NCBI GenBank assembly: GCA_030698565.1
Contig: JAUYJS010000008.1
Coordinates: forward strand, 289,275-353,274
DNA length: 64,000 bases
Reading direction: 5' to 3'
DNA from: Candidatus Shapirobacteria bacterium
Lineage (GTDB): Bacteria > Patescibacteriota > Microgenomatia > UBA12405
Shown in pieces: positions 20,572 through 30,843 of the stretch (its first letter is position 1; every line of letters begins with the position of its first letter). The notes under the pieces were generated by a model, which saw only the letters and a program-made list of their open reading frames with translations, had not been told where the DNA came from and did not search any database. The translations under genes and the position numbers were made by a program.

Positions 20572-20668
20572 TAAATTATATTACTAATCGTATACATTAA
20601 AATTAAATTAAATTATAATCGATGTCAACAAGCAAATCCATGCTTTAATCCGTTTAAACTTAATAAAT

Positions 20669-21400
20669 ATGAAAGAAGAAAAAATAGGTATTTTGGGTTA
20701 TGGTCAAGTTGGCCAAGCCATAGCCAAATTTTACAAAGATCCAAAGGTAAAAGATATTAATCGCGACGATGGATTAATCGATGTAGACATTTTACATGTT
20801 TGCATTCCCTTTTCCGATCAATTTATTAGTCTTGTCCAAGAAGAAATAAAAAATTCTCACGCTAAATTAACTTTTATTCATTCTTCTGTCGCACCGGGCA
20901 CAACCCAGCAAATAGGGAAGACTGCTGTTCACAGTCCCATCCGTGGTGTCCATCCCAACTTATATGAAGGTATTCAGACTTTCACCAAATTTATTGGCGC
21001 TGACTCCAAAAAAATAGGTAAATTAGCCAAAAAACATTTAAAAAGTTTGGGTATAAAAAAAGTAAAAATTGCCTATCCCTCTGTAGCTACAGAATTAGGA
21101 AAACTTTTTGATACTACTTACTATGGTCTTTGTATTGCCTGGCATGCGGAAATGAAAAAAATTTGTGACCAATTCAAAGTAAGTTTTGACGATGCTGTCA
21201 CAGATTTTAATAAAACATACAATCAGGGTTACAAAAAATTAGGTAAAAAAAATGTTATCAGACCCGTTCTATTTTACCCTCAAGACAATGTAATTGGTGG
21301 TCATTGTATTATTCCCAACGCACATATGATCGACAAGTTTTTCAAAAGCAAAGCCATAGATTTAATTTTAAGTTACTCCAAAAAAGATGACAAAAAATAA
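20669..21400 (+). CDS. Short NDP-sugar dehydrogenase (UDP-Glc/GDP-Man/UDP-ManNAc dehydrogenase family)
   Basis: GILGYGQVG Rossmann motif, S.V.PGTT, ELGKL, catalytic GGHC; lacks the C-terminal domain. Confidence 0.75.
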   Translation: MKEEKIGILGYGQVGQAIAKFYKDPKVKDINRDDGLIDVDILHVCIPFSDQFISLVQEEIKNSHAKLTFIHSSVAPGTTQQIGKTAVHSPIRGVHPNLYEGIQTFTKFIGADSKKIGKLAKKHLKSLGIKKVKIAYPSVATELGKLFDTTYYGLCIAWHAEMKKICDQFKVSFDDAVTDFNKTYNQGYKKLGKKNVIRPVLFYPQDNVIGGHCIIPNAHMIDKFFKSKAIDLILSYSKKDDKK

Positions 21401-22352
21401 AATATTGGTTGTCATGATCCCTTGTTTCAACGAGGAAAAAACCTTAGCTACTGTCATAAATGCTATTCCCAAAAAAATCCCCCGTATTTCCAAAGTAAAA
21501 ATACTGGTAATCAACGACGGCTCGTCCGACGATTCAGTCAAAATCGCCAAGAAGTTAAAGGTCCATATTTTTTCCCACCCCATCAATCGTGGCTTAGGCC
21601 AAACATTTAGAGATGGAATTGAAAAATCTCTCAGACTCGGTGCCGATATTATCGTCAATATTGATGGCGACATGCAATTCAACCCCAAAGACATTACAAA
21701 ATTAATTAAACCAATCATTGAGGATAAATATAATTTCGTCACAGCTACTAGATACAAGAAATATTTAAAATACAATTTAAATGGGCGGGGAATAAAGAAT
21801 TTTGGTAATAAATTCTTTGCCTGGTTAATCAACAAAATTACAGGAAGTAATTACACCGATGTTTCTTGTGGATTTAGAGCTTATTCCCGCAAAGCCGCCA
21901 TGAAATTGCAATTGTTTGGTCATTTTACCTATACCCATGAGACGTTTTTAGATCTAATTCACAAGGGTTTTATAGCAATAGAGGTTCCTATAAAAGTCAG
22001 GCCCAAACGACAAAGTGGAGAATCGAGAATATCAAAAAATTTATATAAGTATGGCTATAGTGCCATAAAAATAATTGTTCGCGGTTTTCGGGACCATCAA
22101 CCACTCAGATTTTTTGGTATGCTTTCTGTCATCATCACATCAATCGGAGTTTTATTCGGATCGTTTTTAACGATCCACTGGATAATTACCGAATCACTTA
22201 CACCTTATAAAAGCTTTGGATTTATTGGTGGTTTTATGGTTGGAGTAGGTTTTTTGATGTTTATTCTCGCACTTTTAGCCGACATGCTAGGAAGAATCAA
22301 AGACACCCAGGAAGAAGTGTTGTATCAGTTGCGCAAAAATAATTTTAAATAA
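21387..22352 (+). CDS. GT2 glycosyltransferase (DPM/GtrB-like, two C-terminal TMs)
   Basis: IPCFNEE, NDGS.D, N.GLG, DGDMQ, D..CGFRAYS. Confidence 0.9.
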   Translation: MTKNKILVVMIPCFNEEKTLATVINAIPKKIPRISKVKILVINDGSSDDSVKIAKKLKVHIFSHPINRGLGQTFRDGIEKSLRLGADIIVNIDGDMQFNPKDITKLIKPIIEDKYNFVTATRYKKYLKYNLNGRGIKNFGNKFFAWLINKITGSNYTDVSCGFRAYSRKAAMKLQLFGHFTYTHETFLDLIHKGFIAIEVPIKVRPKRQSGESRISKNLYKYGYSAIKIIVRGFRDHQPLRFFGMLSVIITSIGVLFGSFLTIHWIITESLTPYKSFGFIGGFMVGVGFLMFILALLADMLGRIKDTQEEVLYQLRKNNFK

Positions 22353-22355
22353 ATT

Positions 22356-23591
22356 ATGTCACTTAGTTCGCTATTATTTCGCAATCAATCCACCCGCCAA
22401 ACTCTAATCAAAAACACCTTTTGGCTCGGACTTATCGAATTTTTTTCCAAGATAATAATGTTTTTTGTCACCATTCTTATAGTCCGCTCTTTTGGCCCAA
22501 ATGAGTTTGGTAAGCTCAATCTAGCCATGTCCTATGCAGCCATGATTATGGTTTTTTCTGATCTTGGATTAAATACTATTACCGCCCGAGAAATTGCCAG
22601 GCACAAAGAAGAAAAAGACAAATATCTATCCAATATTTTTACGATTAGATTATTGGTTTCTGTTGTAATCTGGCTTGGTACTTTTTTATTTTCAGCCAAC
22701 AAATTGGTTTTATTAGTAGTAACTTTCAATTTGGTTCAAAATTTCTCTTCTCTTCTTTGTGCTGCCTTTTCTGGTTTAGAAGCCATGCAATACAATTTTA
22801 TTTCGCGGTTTATTTATTATTTCGGTATTTTGGCATCAGTTATTGCTGTTACTCGAGTACAAGGTAGTCCGGAGAAACTAATCACCTTTTATATCATTGC
22901 TTCGTTTATTACTTTTATTCTAACTTTCTCGATGCTTAAGTTTAAAAAAATAAATTTAAAACTTACTATCGACCTTTTATTTTGGAAAAAAATATTAAAA
23001 GAAACACTTCCACTTCTGGGTATGACCATAACCGGAGTTATCTATTTAAATATCGATTCTATTTTGATTGGTCGCTATTTTGGACCGGAGCAAGTTGGTC
23101 TCTACCAATCCGCCTACAAAATACTTTTTGCTTTTCAAAGCATAAATATTATTAATAGTTCTTTGTTTCCACGAATTTCTTCTTTAATCGCCGAAAAAAA
23201 ATATATTATTTTAAATAAACTAAATTTCATTGTCGTTGCCGTTTCACTTTTCGTTTTAATTCCTCTTGGTATTTTTATCTCCATTTTTGCCAGTCAAATA
23301 ATGAAAATTATTTACGGAACAGTTTATGTTTCCGCCAGTCCAGCGCTAATTTTCCTTATTTGGAGCGGCATAATTTTTTATTTTAGAAATTTTATAAATA
23401 ATTTACTAATTGCCAATAATAAACAAAAACAAGTTTTTTATTCCATCCTCCTCGGGACTACAATAAATGTAATGTTCAATCTTTTTATTACACCTAGATT
23501 CAATTATATTTACGCTTCGATGGCAATGGTTCTTTCTGAAATAATTATTCTTACTTATTCGACTTTATTGTATGTCAAAAATAAAAAGTAA
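22356..23591 (+). CDS. Wzx-type polysaccharide flippase
   Basis: KNTFW, FG...FG, DLGL, D.ILIG...G...VGLYQ.AYK; about 12 TMs. Confidence 0.87.
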   Translation: MSLSSLLFRNQSTRQTLIKNTFWLGLIEFFSKIIMFFVTILIVRSFGPNEFGKLNLAMSYAAMIMVFSDLGLNTITAREIARHKEEKDKYLSNIFTIRLLVSVVIWLGTFLFSANKLVLLVVTFNLVQNFSSLLCAAFSGLEAMQYNFISRFIYYFGILASVIAVTRVQGSPEKLITFYIIASFITFILTFSMLKFKKINLKLTIDLLFWKKILKETLPLLGMTITGVIYLNIDSILIGRYFGPEQVGLYQSAYKILFAFQSINIINSSLFPRISSLIAEKKYIILNKLNFIVVAVSLFVLIPLGIFISIFASQIMKIIYGTVYVSASPALIFLIWSGIIFYFRNFINNLLIANNKQKQVFYSILLGTTINVMFNLFITPRFNYIYASMAMVLSEIIILTYSTLLYVKNKK

Positions 23592-24666
23592 ATTATACAT
23601 AATTATTGGCACCAAGGCTCAACTAATAAAGATGGCCCCAATAATGATTGAACTAAAAAAAAGGAAAATAGACTACACTTATATTTCTACAGGCCAGCAC
23701 CAAGAAACAATAAAGGATTTAATTTCTACATTTCAAATAAAAAAACCAGACCATACTCTTTATCAAGGCAGAGACATAACAAAGATATGGCAAATGTTGA
23801 TTTGGTCCATTGGTTGTATTAAAAATGTTTTGATTAATAGAAAAAAATATTTTCCCAAAAAAAATGGTATTGTGCTCGTTCATGGCGATACTTATTCAAC
23901 AGTTCTCGGGGCTATAATCGGAAAAATATGTCAACAAAAAGTAGCTTATGTCGAAGCTGGTCTTCGCTCTTTTGATATATTTAACCCTTTCCCGGAAGAA
24001 ATTTTTCGTCTTATCACATCTCAACTTGCAGACATTCATTTTTGTCCCGGTGACTTCGCTTACAAAAATTCACAAAGATATAAGGGTATTAAAATTAATA
24101 CTCAAATAAACACTCTTTATGATTCACTAAAATTAGTCATAAAGAATTTAAATAAAATTGAAGTCGATATACCACAGGAAAGTTATTGTATTGTATCGAT
24201 TCATAGATTTGAAAACATTTTTAATAAAAAAGTTTTTTCAAAAATTATTGGACAAATAGAATTTATATCAAAATCAAAGAAAGTACTGTTTATTCTTCAC
24301 AAACCAACAAAAGAGAAATTAATTGAGTATGGATTATTAGTAAAGCTTGAAGACAATCAAAATATTGAATTAAGACCCCGGTATGATTATTTTAGGTTTA
24401 TTAAATTACTTAACAGTGCCGATTTTATAGTTACCGACGGAGGGAGTAATCAAGAAGAGTGCTATTATTTAGGCAAACCCTGTCTATTAATGAGAAAAAC
24501 TACAGAAAGGAAAGAGGGTATTGGGAGTAATGTCTTGGTTTCTAATTATAGAAATAAAATAATAAAAAAGTTTATATTAAATATATATAGTAAGCAAAAT
24601 AAATTTATTAAACACAAATCATCTCCAAGCGAGGTTATTGTTAACAGTATTCATCAAAAACATTAA
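23572..24666 (+). CDS. wecB: UDP-N-acetylglucosamine 2-epimerase
   Basis: IGTKAQLIKMAP, TGQH, VHGDT, EAGLRS, PEE, TDGGS.QEE, TER. Confidence 0.88.
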   Translation: MSKIKSKLYIIIGTKAQLIKMAPIMIELKKRKIDYTYISTGQHQETIKDLISTFQIKKPDHTLYQGRDITKIWQMLIWSIGCIKNVLINRKKYFPKKNGIVLVHGDTYSTVLGAIIGKICQQKVAYVEAGLRSFDIFNPFPEEIFRLITSQLADIHFCPGDFAYKNSQRYKGIKINTQINTLYDSLKLVIKNLNKIEVDIPQESYCIVSIHRFENIFNKKVFSKIIGQIEFISKSKKVLFILHKPTKEKLIEYGLLVKLEDNQNIELRPRYDYFRFIKLLNSADFIVTDGGSNQEECYYLGKPCLLMRKTTERKEGIGSNVLVSNYRNKIIKKFILNIYSKQNKFIKHKSSPSEVIVNSIHQKH

Positions 24667-24681
24667 TTATTAATAAAAAAA

Positions 24682-25419
24682 ATGAAACTAAAAGAAATAA
24701 AAAAATTTTATGAATGGTTCCATTCAAACAAAATTTTAAATCCAAAAGCCGATCTGATGCAGGCCCAAAGATGTGATTATCTTCGATTCCTAATTAAAAA
24801 TATCACGGGTAAATTTCTGGTTATTGGTTGTGGATCAGAAGAAGAAATGGGTATTCTAAATAAAAATTGCGACGGAATCGGGATTGATATTTCCGAAGAA
24901 GCTGTAAAAAAATCAAAGGCAAAATATCCTCAATTTGAATATTATGTAGCTAATGCAACCAACTTACATTTTGAAAAAAACAGTTTTGATTGTGTAATTT
25001 GTAGCGAGGTAATTGAGCATATTCCGGATGATGAAAAATTTCTTTCTGAGGTAAAAAGAGTTCTAAAAAATAACGGTATTTTTATTGTTACTACACCCAA
25101 CTGGTTGAGTTGGTATGGATTAGCGAGAAAGATAGCAGAGGGATTATTCAAAAAACCGGTTACTTCAGACGATCAACCAATAGATAATTGGTCGACTCCA
25201 TCTAGTCTAAAAAGAAAGTTGAAAAAATATGGTTTTGAAATCAATTTTTTAAGAGGACTTTGGTATTTTCCACCTACTGGAAAAGGAAAAAATCAAATAC
25301 CATGGAGAATAACTTTACCAATAGCCAAATTATTTTATCCATTTGAAGTTTTGTTCAGAAGAATCCTCCCTTGGTATGGTCATATGATTTTATTTAAAAC
25401 CAGGCTAATTAAAAGTTAA
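24682..25419 (+). CDS. Class I SAM-dependent methyltransferase
   Basis: LVIGCGS, GIDIS, FDCVICSEVIEH, RVLK.NG.FIVTTPN. Confidence 0.87.
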   Translation: MKLKEIKKFYEWFHSNKILNPKADLMQAQRCDYLRFLIKNITGKFLVIGCGSEEEMGILNKNCDGIGIDISEEAVKKSKAKYPQFEYYVANATNLHFEKNSFDCVICSEVIEHIPDDEKFLSEVKRVLKNNGIFIVTTPNWLSWYGLARKIAEGLFKKPVTSDDQPIDNWSTPSSLKRKLKKYGFEINFLRGLWYFPPTGKGKNQIPWRITLPIAKLFYPFEVLFRRILPWYGHMILFKTRLIKS

Positions 25420-25458
25420 AAAACATTAAAAAATATTTTTAAAATTGATTTATGAAAT

Positions 25459-27036
25459 ATGAAGAAAATTGATACGTTTGGAAAATACATAATCTTCTTC
25501 TATATTATGTTTTTACTCTCCATTCTAACATTAATAAATATTTCATATATAAATCTATACGCAAGTTCCCCAGACGAGGTAGGAGAGAAAATTACTATAA
25601 GTAATTTAGCCAAGAATCATTTTTTACCAATCGAAAAGTTCTCAGAGCTCAATCAAAAATATAAAAATGTTTTTTCCACAAGGGGTACAGTGGTAAATAA
25701 TGACGGTCTTCTTGTTCCTTATAAATCACTTGGCAATACTTACATTCTATCAAGTTATTTAACTTTAATAGATGAACTTATAAACGTTGAAAAAATATTT
25801 ATTATATTTCATGCCATATCAATTCTTATATTTTTAATATATTTAATACAAGCAGTTCAATTATTTACAAGAAAAGTTAATATTATAGATAAATTGTTTC
25901 TAATTACATTATTCTTTGCTTTAAATCTATACTTAGATAGAATAATAAATTTTTATAGTCTTTCAATCTTTATAAGCTTTTACTACTTATTAAAATGGAT
26001 AAAAAACAATACAAGAGGCTATGATGTAAATCTTTTTTGTTCATCTTTAGCTATCAGCACGGCAGTCTTTATTAGATACGAATTTATTGTAAATTTGATA
26101 ATTATATTTCTAATTTTTTGTTACCTTATAATTTATAAGAAAAAAAGTCCGAACATATTATTATTTTTTTTAGTCCCATCTGTAATAGCTTTGTGTATTT
26201 TAGTTTCTAATAATAAATTTTATGACGGCTATTTAAATTTTAGCTATAGTATGGGACACAAGAAAGCGGGGCCATTTATAAGCAATATCAGTATTTACGA
26301 GAGAATATATAAATTTTTATTTTTAGTTGGTATTAAACCCATTAATGCAATTAGAAATACTTACTACTACATAATCGCACTATTCCCCATAATTTTTATT
26401 CCGGCATTAATTAATATTAAATCCATTAAAAAATACCCCATTTTTTCAATTACAGTTTTTGCAATTTGTATATACTTAATCACGTATTATGGGAGTAATC
26501 CAACATTTTACGGGTTTCAAGAAATCACCATTATTTCTTCTTATGTTCGTTATTTTTCACCAATATATTTATTTTTATTTATGTTTGCATCCCCACTGTA
26601 TATAAAAATATTTAAAAACATTCCATATCTATTCAAACTGATGATTATTATGTTATTTACTAGCCTTTTTATAATTTCATTCACTACTCAAAAAATAAAT
26701 GATTATCAAAATAATCAAAAATACACTTATTATCTAAAAAATAATATCAAAAAAACAATTCCATTAAATTCAACTATTTTTTCAAATTATTGGGACAAGT
26801 TGCTTTATAACGATTACACCGTTGCAACTTTAAGTAATAAAATCAATTCCCTTTATGAATATTTTTATATAATGAAGCAATACTATCTAGATGATACAAA
26901 TAGGATGGTGTATTATCTTCCAAAAGACGATACGGAAAAAAGTGAATTCAATAAATTTTTAAACAATAACTCAGACATTGCATGCACAGAAATTAATATG
27001 CTAAATGCATGTCAGCTAAAAGAAAATGAAAAATGA
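25459..27036 (+). CDS. Polytopic membrane protein, probable GT-C glycosyltransferase/polymerase
   Basis: About 11 TMs, SPDE motif in first loop, IRYE, YVRYF.P; very AT-rich. Confidence 0.6.
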   Translation: MKKIDTFGKYIIFFYIMFLLSILTLINISYINLYASSPDEVGEKITISNLAKNHFLPIEKFSELNQKYKNVFSTRGTVVNNDGLLVPYKSLGNTYILSSYLTLIDELINVEKIFIIFHAISILIFLIYLIQAVQLFTRKVNIIDKLFLITLFFALNLYLDRIINFYSLSIFISFYYLLKWIKNNTRGYDVNLFCSSLAISTAVFIRYEFIVNLIIIFLIFCYLIIYKKKSPNILLFFLVPSVIALCILVSNNKFYDGYLNFSYSMGHKKAGPFISNISIYERIYKFLFLVGIKPINAIRNTYYYIIALFPIIFIPALINIKSIKKYPIFSITVFAICIYLITYYGSNPTFYGFQEITIISSYVRYFSPIYLFLFMFASPLYIKIFKNIPYLFKLMIIMLFTSLFIISFTTQKINDYQNNQKYTYYLKNNIKKTIPLNSTIFSNYWDKLLYNDYTVATLSNKINSLYEYFYIMKQYYLDDTNRMVYYLPKDDTEKSEFNKFLNNNSDIACTEINMLNACQLKENEK

Positions 27037-27322
27037 AATAATCATAATTTTATTATTTTTTATTAATATATTTATTCCTGGATTCTCGATTTCTTTTGCA
27101 CTATTCGATAAAAACATGGACATCTTGGAAAGAATTGGATTCTCGATATTCGTTTCAATATCAATCGTATCAATGATCGGGTTCATTATTAATATAATAT
27201 ATAATTTAAAAATTAATTTTATCAATATAACGTTAATTTCTGTATCCATTGTCATAATAAGTATATTCACAATTTTAGGAAAAAAAATAAAACAGTCATT
27301 TATAAAAAATAAACCAATATAA
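27026..27322 (+). CDS. Small membrane protein (DUF1616-like)
   Basis: F.PGF....ALF......LERI..S...SI pattern, 3 TMs. Confidence 0.55.
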   Translation: MKNEIIIILLFFINIFIPGFSISFALFDKNMDILERIGFSIFVSISIVSMIGFIINIIYNLKINFINITLISVSIVIISIFTILGKKIKQSFIKNKPI

Positions 27323-27324
27323 AT

Positions 27325-28473
27325 ATGATAGAGTTATTCATTTTTTTAAATAAATTATTAGTAAAAATAATCCCAAGCATATTTATTTGGTATCCTGTTA
27401 ATTACAAAAAAGTATCATTCGTAAACAAACATTATTCAGACAGCAATCTTTTACTCACGGCTAAAATGCTATTAAAGCAAAATCCTGAAATAAAGATTCA
27501 ATATATTACAAACAACCCACGAAAATCTACAATTGCAAAACAAATCATATTTTATTTCAAATTATTAAACAGCAGGGTTATAGTTACGACACACGGTCCT
27601 GTAATTAAAACTAAAAAAAATATCTCTCTTGAATTATGGCATGGTATGCCAATAAAAGGGATGAACTTAATGGATAACTTAAAAGAAAAACATACTTCAT
27701 TTTCAAACATTGATCATTTAAATAGTTACTCTCAATTTTTTAATACTGTAATGAATGCTTGTTTTGGTGTGGAAGGAAAAAAATACATCATTCTCGGTAG
27801 CCCTCAAAACGATTTATTGTTCGATTCTAAAAATAAAGAAAAAATATTTCGCTTATTTAGAATTAAAAAAAACCAGAAATATGTAATTTATATGCCGACT
27901 TTTCGAGATAATATAAAAAATTACCAAAATTATCAAAATTTTGTTAAAAATTTAGGATTTTATAAATTTGATCTTCAAATTTTTAATAAATTTTTAATTA
28001 AAAATAACTTAAAACTTATTTTGAAGCCCCATCCAAACGATAATAATTTATGGAAGGAATTCTTTGAAGAACTAAAACTCTCAAATATACTCTTACTTAC
28101 AGAAGAATATTTAATAAAAAACAACCTAGAATTATACGAAATATTAGGTTTGTCCGACCTACTAATTACAGATTATTCCTCAGTCTATGTTGATTATTTG
28201 TTAATAGATAAACCAGTAATTTTTGTTCCAACAGATATTGATCAATATCGAAAAATCAGAACCTTACTTCTTGAACCATATGACTTTTGGGCTCCTGGGC
28301 CTAAAGTATATGATCAAAAAAAACTTGAAGAAGAAATAGTTAAATCTTTAAAAGATGTTAAATATTATCAAGAAGAACGTAATATTCTTAAAAATATTTT
28401 TCATAAATATCAAGATAATAAGTCAACAGAAAGGGTTGTTAATCATATAAATCTTTTATTAAGATCAAAATGA
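27325..28473 (+). CDS. CDP-glycerol glycerophosphotransferase family (TagB/TagF-like)
   Basis: LWHGMPIK, G.P.ND, IYMPTFRD, LKPHP, LITDYSSV..DY. Confidence 0.9.
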   Translation: MIELFIFLNKLLVKIIPSIFIWYPVNYKKVSFVNKHYSDSNLLLTAKMLLKQNPEIKIQYITNNPRKSTIAKQIIFYFKLLNSRVIVTTHGPVIKTKKNISLELWHGMPIKGMNLMDNLKEKHTSFSNIDHLNSYSQFFNTVMNACFGVEGKKYIILGSPQNDLLFDSKNKEKIFRLFRIKKNQKYVIYMPTFRDNIKNYQNYQNFVKNLGFYKFDLQIFNKFLIKNNLKLILKPHPNDNNLWKEFFEELKLSNILLLTEEYLIKNNLELYEILGLSDLLITDYSSVYVDYLLIDKPVIFVPTDIDQYRKIRTLLLEPYDFWAPGPKVYDQKKLEEEIVKSLKDVKYYQEERNILKNIFHKYQDNKSTERVVNHINLLLRSK

Positions 28474-28541
28474 AAAAAACAATAATAAAATATCAAACAC
28501 ATATAGAAATAAAACATATAATTTTAAGTAAAATTTAGTAT

Positions 28542-30362
28542 ATGTGTGGAATATCCGGTATTATTTCTAATAAAGAAATTTATAGGTTGAATGAACGAAT
28601 AATTGCCATGGTTAGTTCGCAACACCATAGAGGTCCAGACAATCAAGGTTACATCACACTTAATAGGGGATGTGTTTTTGGTCACAATAGGTTAAAAATT
28701 ATCGATTTATCAAATTCAGCAAACCAACCATTTACTTCAAATTCTGGAAATATAATAATCGTATTCAATGGAGAAATTTATAATTATCAAGCCATAAAAA
28801 AAGAACTGATTTTAGAATATGAATTTCACACCAAATCAGATACCGAGGTTATGGCTGCGGCCATAGAAACTAAAGGTTTGGATTGGTTTTTAAAAATGTC
28901 AAATGGAATTTTTTCTATAGCTATATATGACAAGTCTAAAAGAAATATTACCTTAGTTAGAGATAGAAGTGGAATCAAGCCCCTTTTTTATTGTGTTGTA
29001 GATAATATTCTTATTTTTGCCTCAGAAATAAAAGCCATACTTGCAAGTGGTTTAGTGAATGGAGAAATGGAATATTGTGCTATTGATGATTATTTTGCTT
29101 TTAGACACGTTAGGGAACCATACACTTTTTTCAAAAATATATATTGCGTTGAAAGTGCAACAAAAATTATTTTTCCAATCGATAATATTAGTAATTATTG
29201 TAAATCTCGATATTGGGAGATACCTCAGCTAAATTTTCAAAAAAAATACAACGAGTTGGATTGCATCGAGGAGTTAAATAGAAAATTATCCAATACTGTA
29301 AAGATGCAAATGGTGGCTGATGTTCCAGTTGGGACATTATTATCAGGAGGATTGGATTCAAGCCTAATTACCGCCCTTGCTTCTTATAAAACGAACACGT
29401 TAGACACTTTTTCTATTGGATTTAAAGAAAAGGAATACAACGAATTTGAGTATTCCAGACTGGTCGCTAAGAATTTTAAAACCAACCACTCAGAATACAT
29501 CTTATCAGAGCAAGATTATTTTAAACAATTAACCGTATTAACTAAAAGTAAAGATGCTCCATTAGGGGTACCCAACGAAATTCCACTATATGAACTTAGT
29601 AAAAAAATTTCGGGTTTCGACAAAGTAATTCTTTCTGGCGAAGGAGCGGATGAAATATTTTTTGGATATGGACGCATATTTAGGTCACCTTATGTGTTTG
29701 AAAATTCCGAAAATAAAATAAAAACATCATTTTATGATTATTTCTCTAAAAGATATGAATATATACCAAGGGACTTGAGAGATAGATTTTTATCTGTGCC
29801 GCTAGATTTACGAAAAAAATTTGATAAAAATTTAAAAAAAGAATTTATAAATTATAAAAATGAAGAAAATGTTTTTAGATTTTTTTTAAATTATCACATA
29901 AAAGAATTACTTATTAGATTGGACTACACCACTATGCAAAGTTCTTTGGAGAGTAGGGTACCATTTCTTGATCACACTCTAATTGATTTCGTAAGTAAAA
30001 ACATACCTAATGAATTGAAGCTTAAATTTAATTTAAATAAAAATAAGTTTAAATGTAAAAATTTATCAGAAGAAGAAATTAGTGAAGTATATGATACTCC
30101 GAAGTACATACTAAAGAAGGTCGCAGAAAGATATTTGCCCCACGACATAATATATCGAAAAAAAATTGGTTTCCCTGTCCCCTTACAATGGTGGGACAAG
30201 TCTCTCCAAAAAACTGCACAAATTTTAAAAAATAGAAATTGGCTTAATGTGGATATTTCTGTAGAGGAGATAGTAAATAATATGTCAGGTCAAGCTTTAT
30301 GGATGTTTATTTGTCTAGCTATTTTCGAAGATAATTATTTTAATAAAAATTACAGGTGGTAA
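28542..30362 (+). CDS. asnB: Asparagine synthase-like glutamine amidotransferase (glycan-cluster type)
   Basis: MCGI, HRGPD, FNGEIYNY, SDTEV, LSGGLDSS, SGEGADE.F.GY, E.RVPFLD. Confidence 0.92.
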   Translation: MCGISGIISNKEIYRLNERIIAMVSSQHHRGPDNQGYITLNRGCVFGHNRLKIIDLSNSANQPFTSNSGNIIIVFNGEIYNYQAIKKELILEYEFHTKSDTEVMAAAIETKGLDWFLKMSNGIFSIAIYDKSKRNITLVRDRSGIKPLFYCVVDNILIFASEIKAILASGLVNGEMEYCAIDDYFAFRHVREPYTFFKNIYCVESATKIIFPIDNISNYCKSRYWEIPQLNFQKKYNELDCIEELNRKLSNTVKMQMVADVPVGTLLSGGLDSSLITALASYKTNTLDTFSIGFKEKEYNEFEYSRLVAKNFKTNHSEYILSEQDYFKQLTVLTKSKDAPLGVPNEIPLYELSKKISGFDKVILSGEGADEIFFGYGRIFRSPYVFENSENKIKTSFYDYFSKRYEYIPRDLRDRFLSVPLDLRKKFDKNLKKEFINYKNEENVFRFFLNYHIKELLIRLDYTTMQSSLESRVPFLDHTLIDFVSKNIPNELKLKFNLNKNKFKCKNLSEEEISEVYDTPKYILKKVAERYLPHDIIYRKKIGFPVPLQWWDKSLQKTAQILKNRNWLNVDISVEEIVNNMSGQALWMFICLAIFEDNYFNKNYRW

Positions 30363-30371
30363 TATAAAAAT

Positions 30372-30797
30372 ATGAAAAAAATAATAGGATACACTGCTGG
30401 TGTTTATGACTTATTTCATATAGGACACCTTAATCTTTTGCGTAATGCAAAAGGTTTGTGTGATTATTTAATTGTTGGAGTATCTTCGGACATATTAGTT
30501 TCATATAAAAATAAAAAAGCAGTAATTCCATTCAGTGAAAGAATCGAAATTGTCAGGGCGATTAAATATGTAGATTCGGTAGTACCTCAGGAAAATATGG
30601 ATAAATTTGAAATGTGGAAAAAAGTAAAGTTTGACGTAATGTTTGTAGGAGACGATTGGTATAACACAGACAAATGGAAAGACATCGAGGAACAGTTTGA
30701 AAAAGTTGGAGTAAAAATTGTATATTTTCCTTATACGAAAGGTACTAGCTCTACATTAATAAACAAGACATTAGAGGATTTAAGAAGTAAAAAGTGA
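30372..30797 (+). CDS. tagD: Glycerol-3-phosphate cytidylyltransferase-like
   Basis: YTAGVYDLFHIGH, VGDDW, PYT.GTSST. Confidence 0.85.
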   Translation: MKKIIGYTAGVYDLFHIGHLNLLRNAKGLCDYLIVGVSSDILVSYKNKKAVIPFSERIEIVRAIKYVDSVVPQENMDKFEMWKKVKFDVMFVGDDWYNTDKWKDIEEQFEKVGVKIVYFPYTKGTSSTLINKTLEDLRSKK

Positions 30798-30843
30798 CAA
30801 TCTTTCTCTTTTGTGTCACATTAATATTATAATTATCAAACAT

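Noticed and set aside
30794-30819. GTGACA-N14-TGTCAC inverted repeat after tagD
   Set aside because: Only 6-bp arms, expected by chance, with no supporting context.
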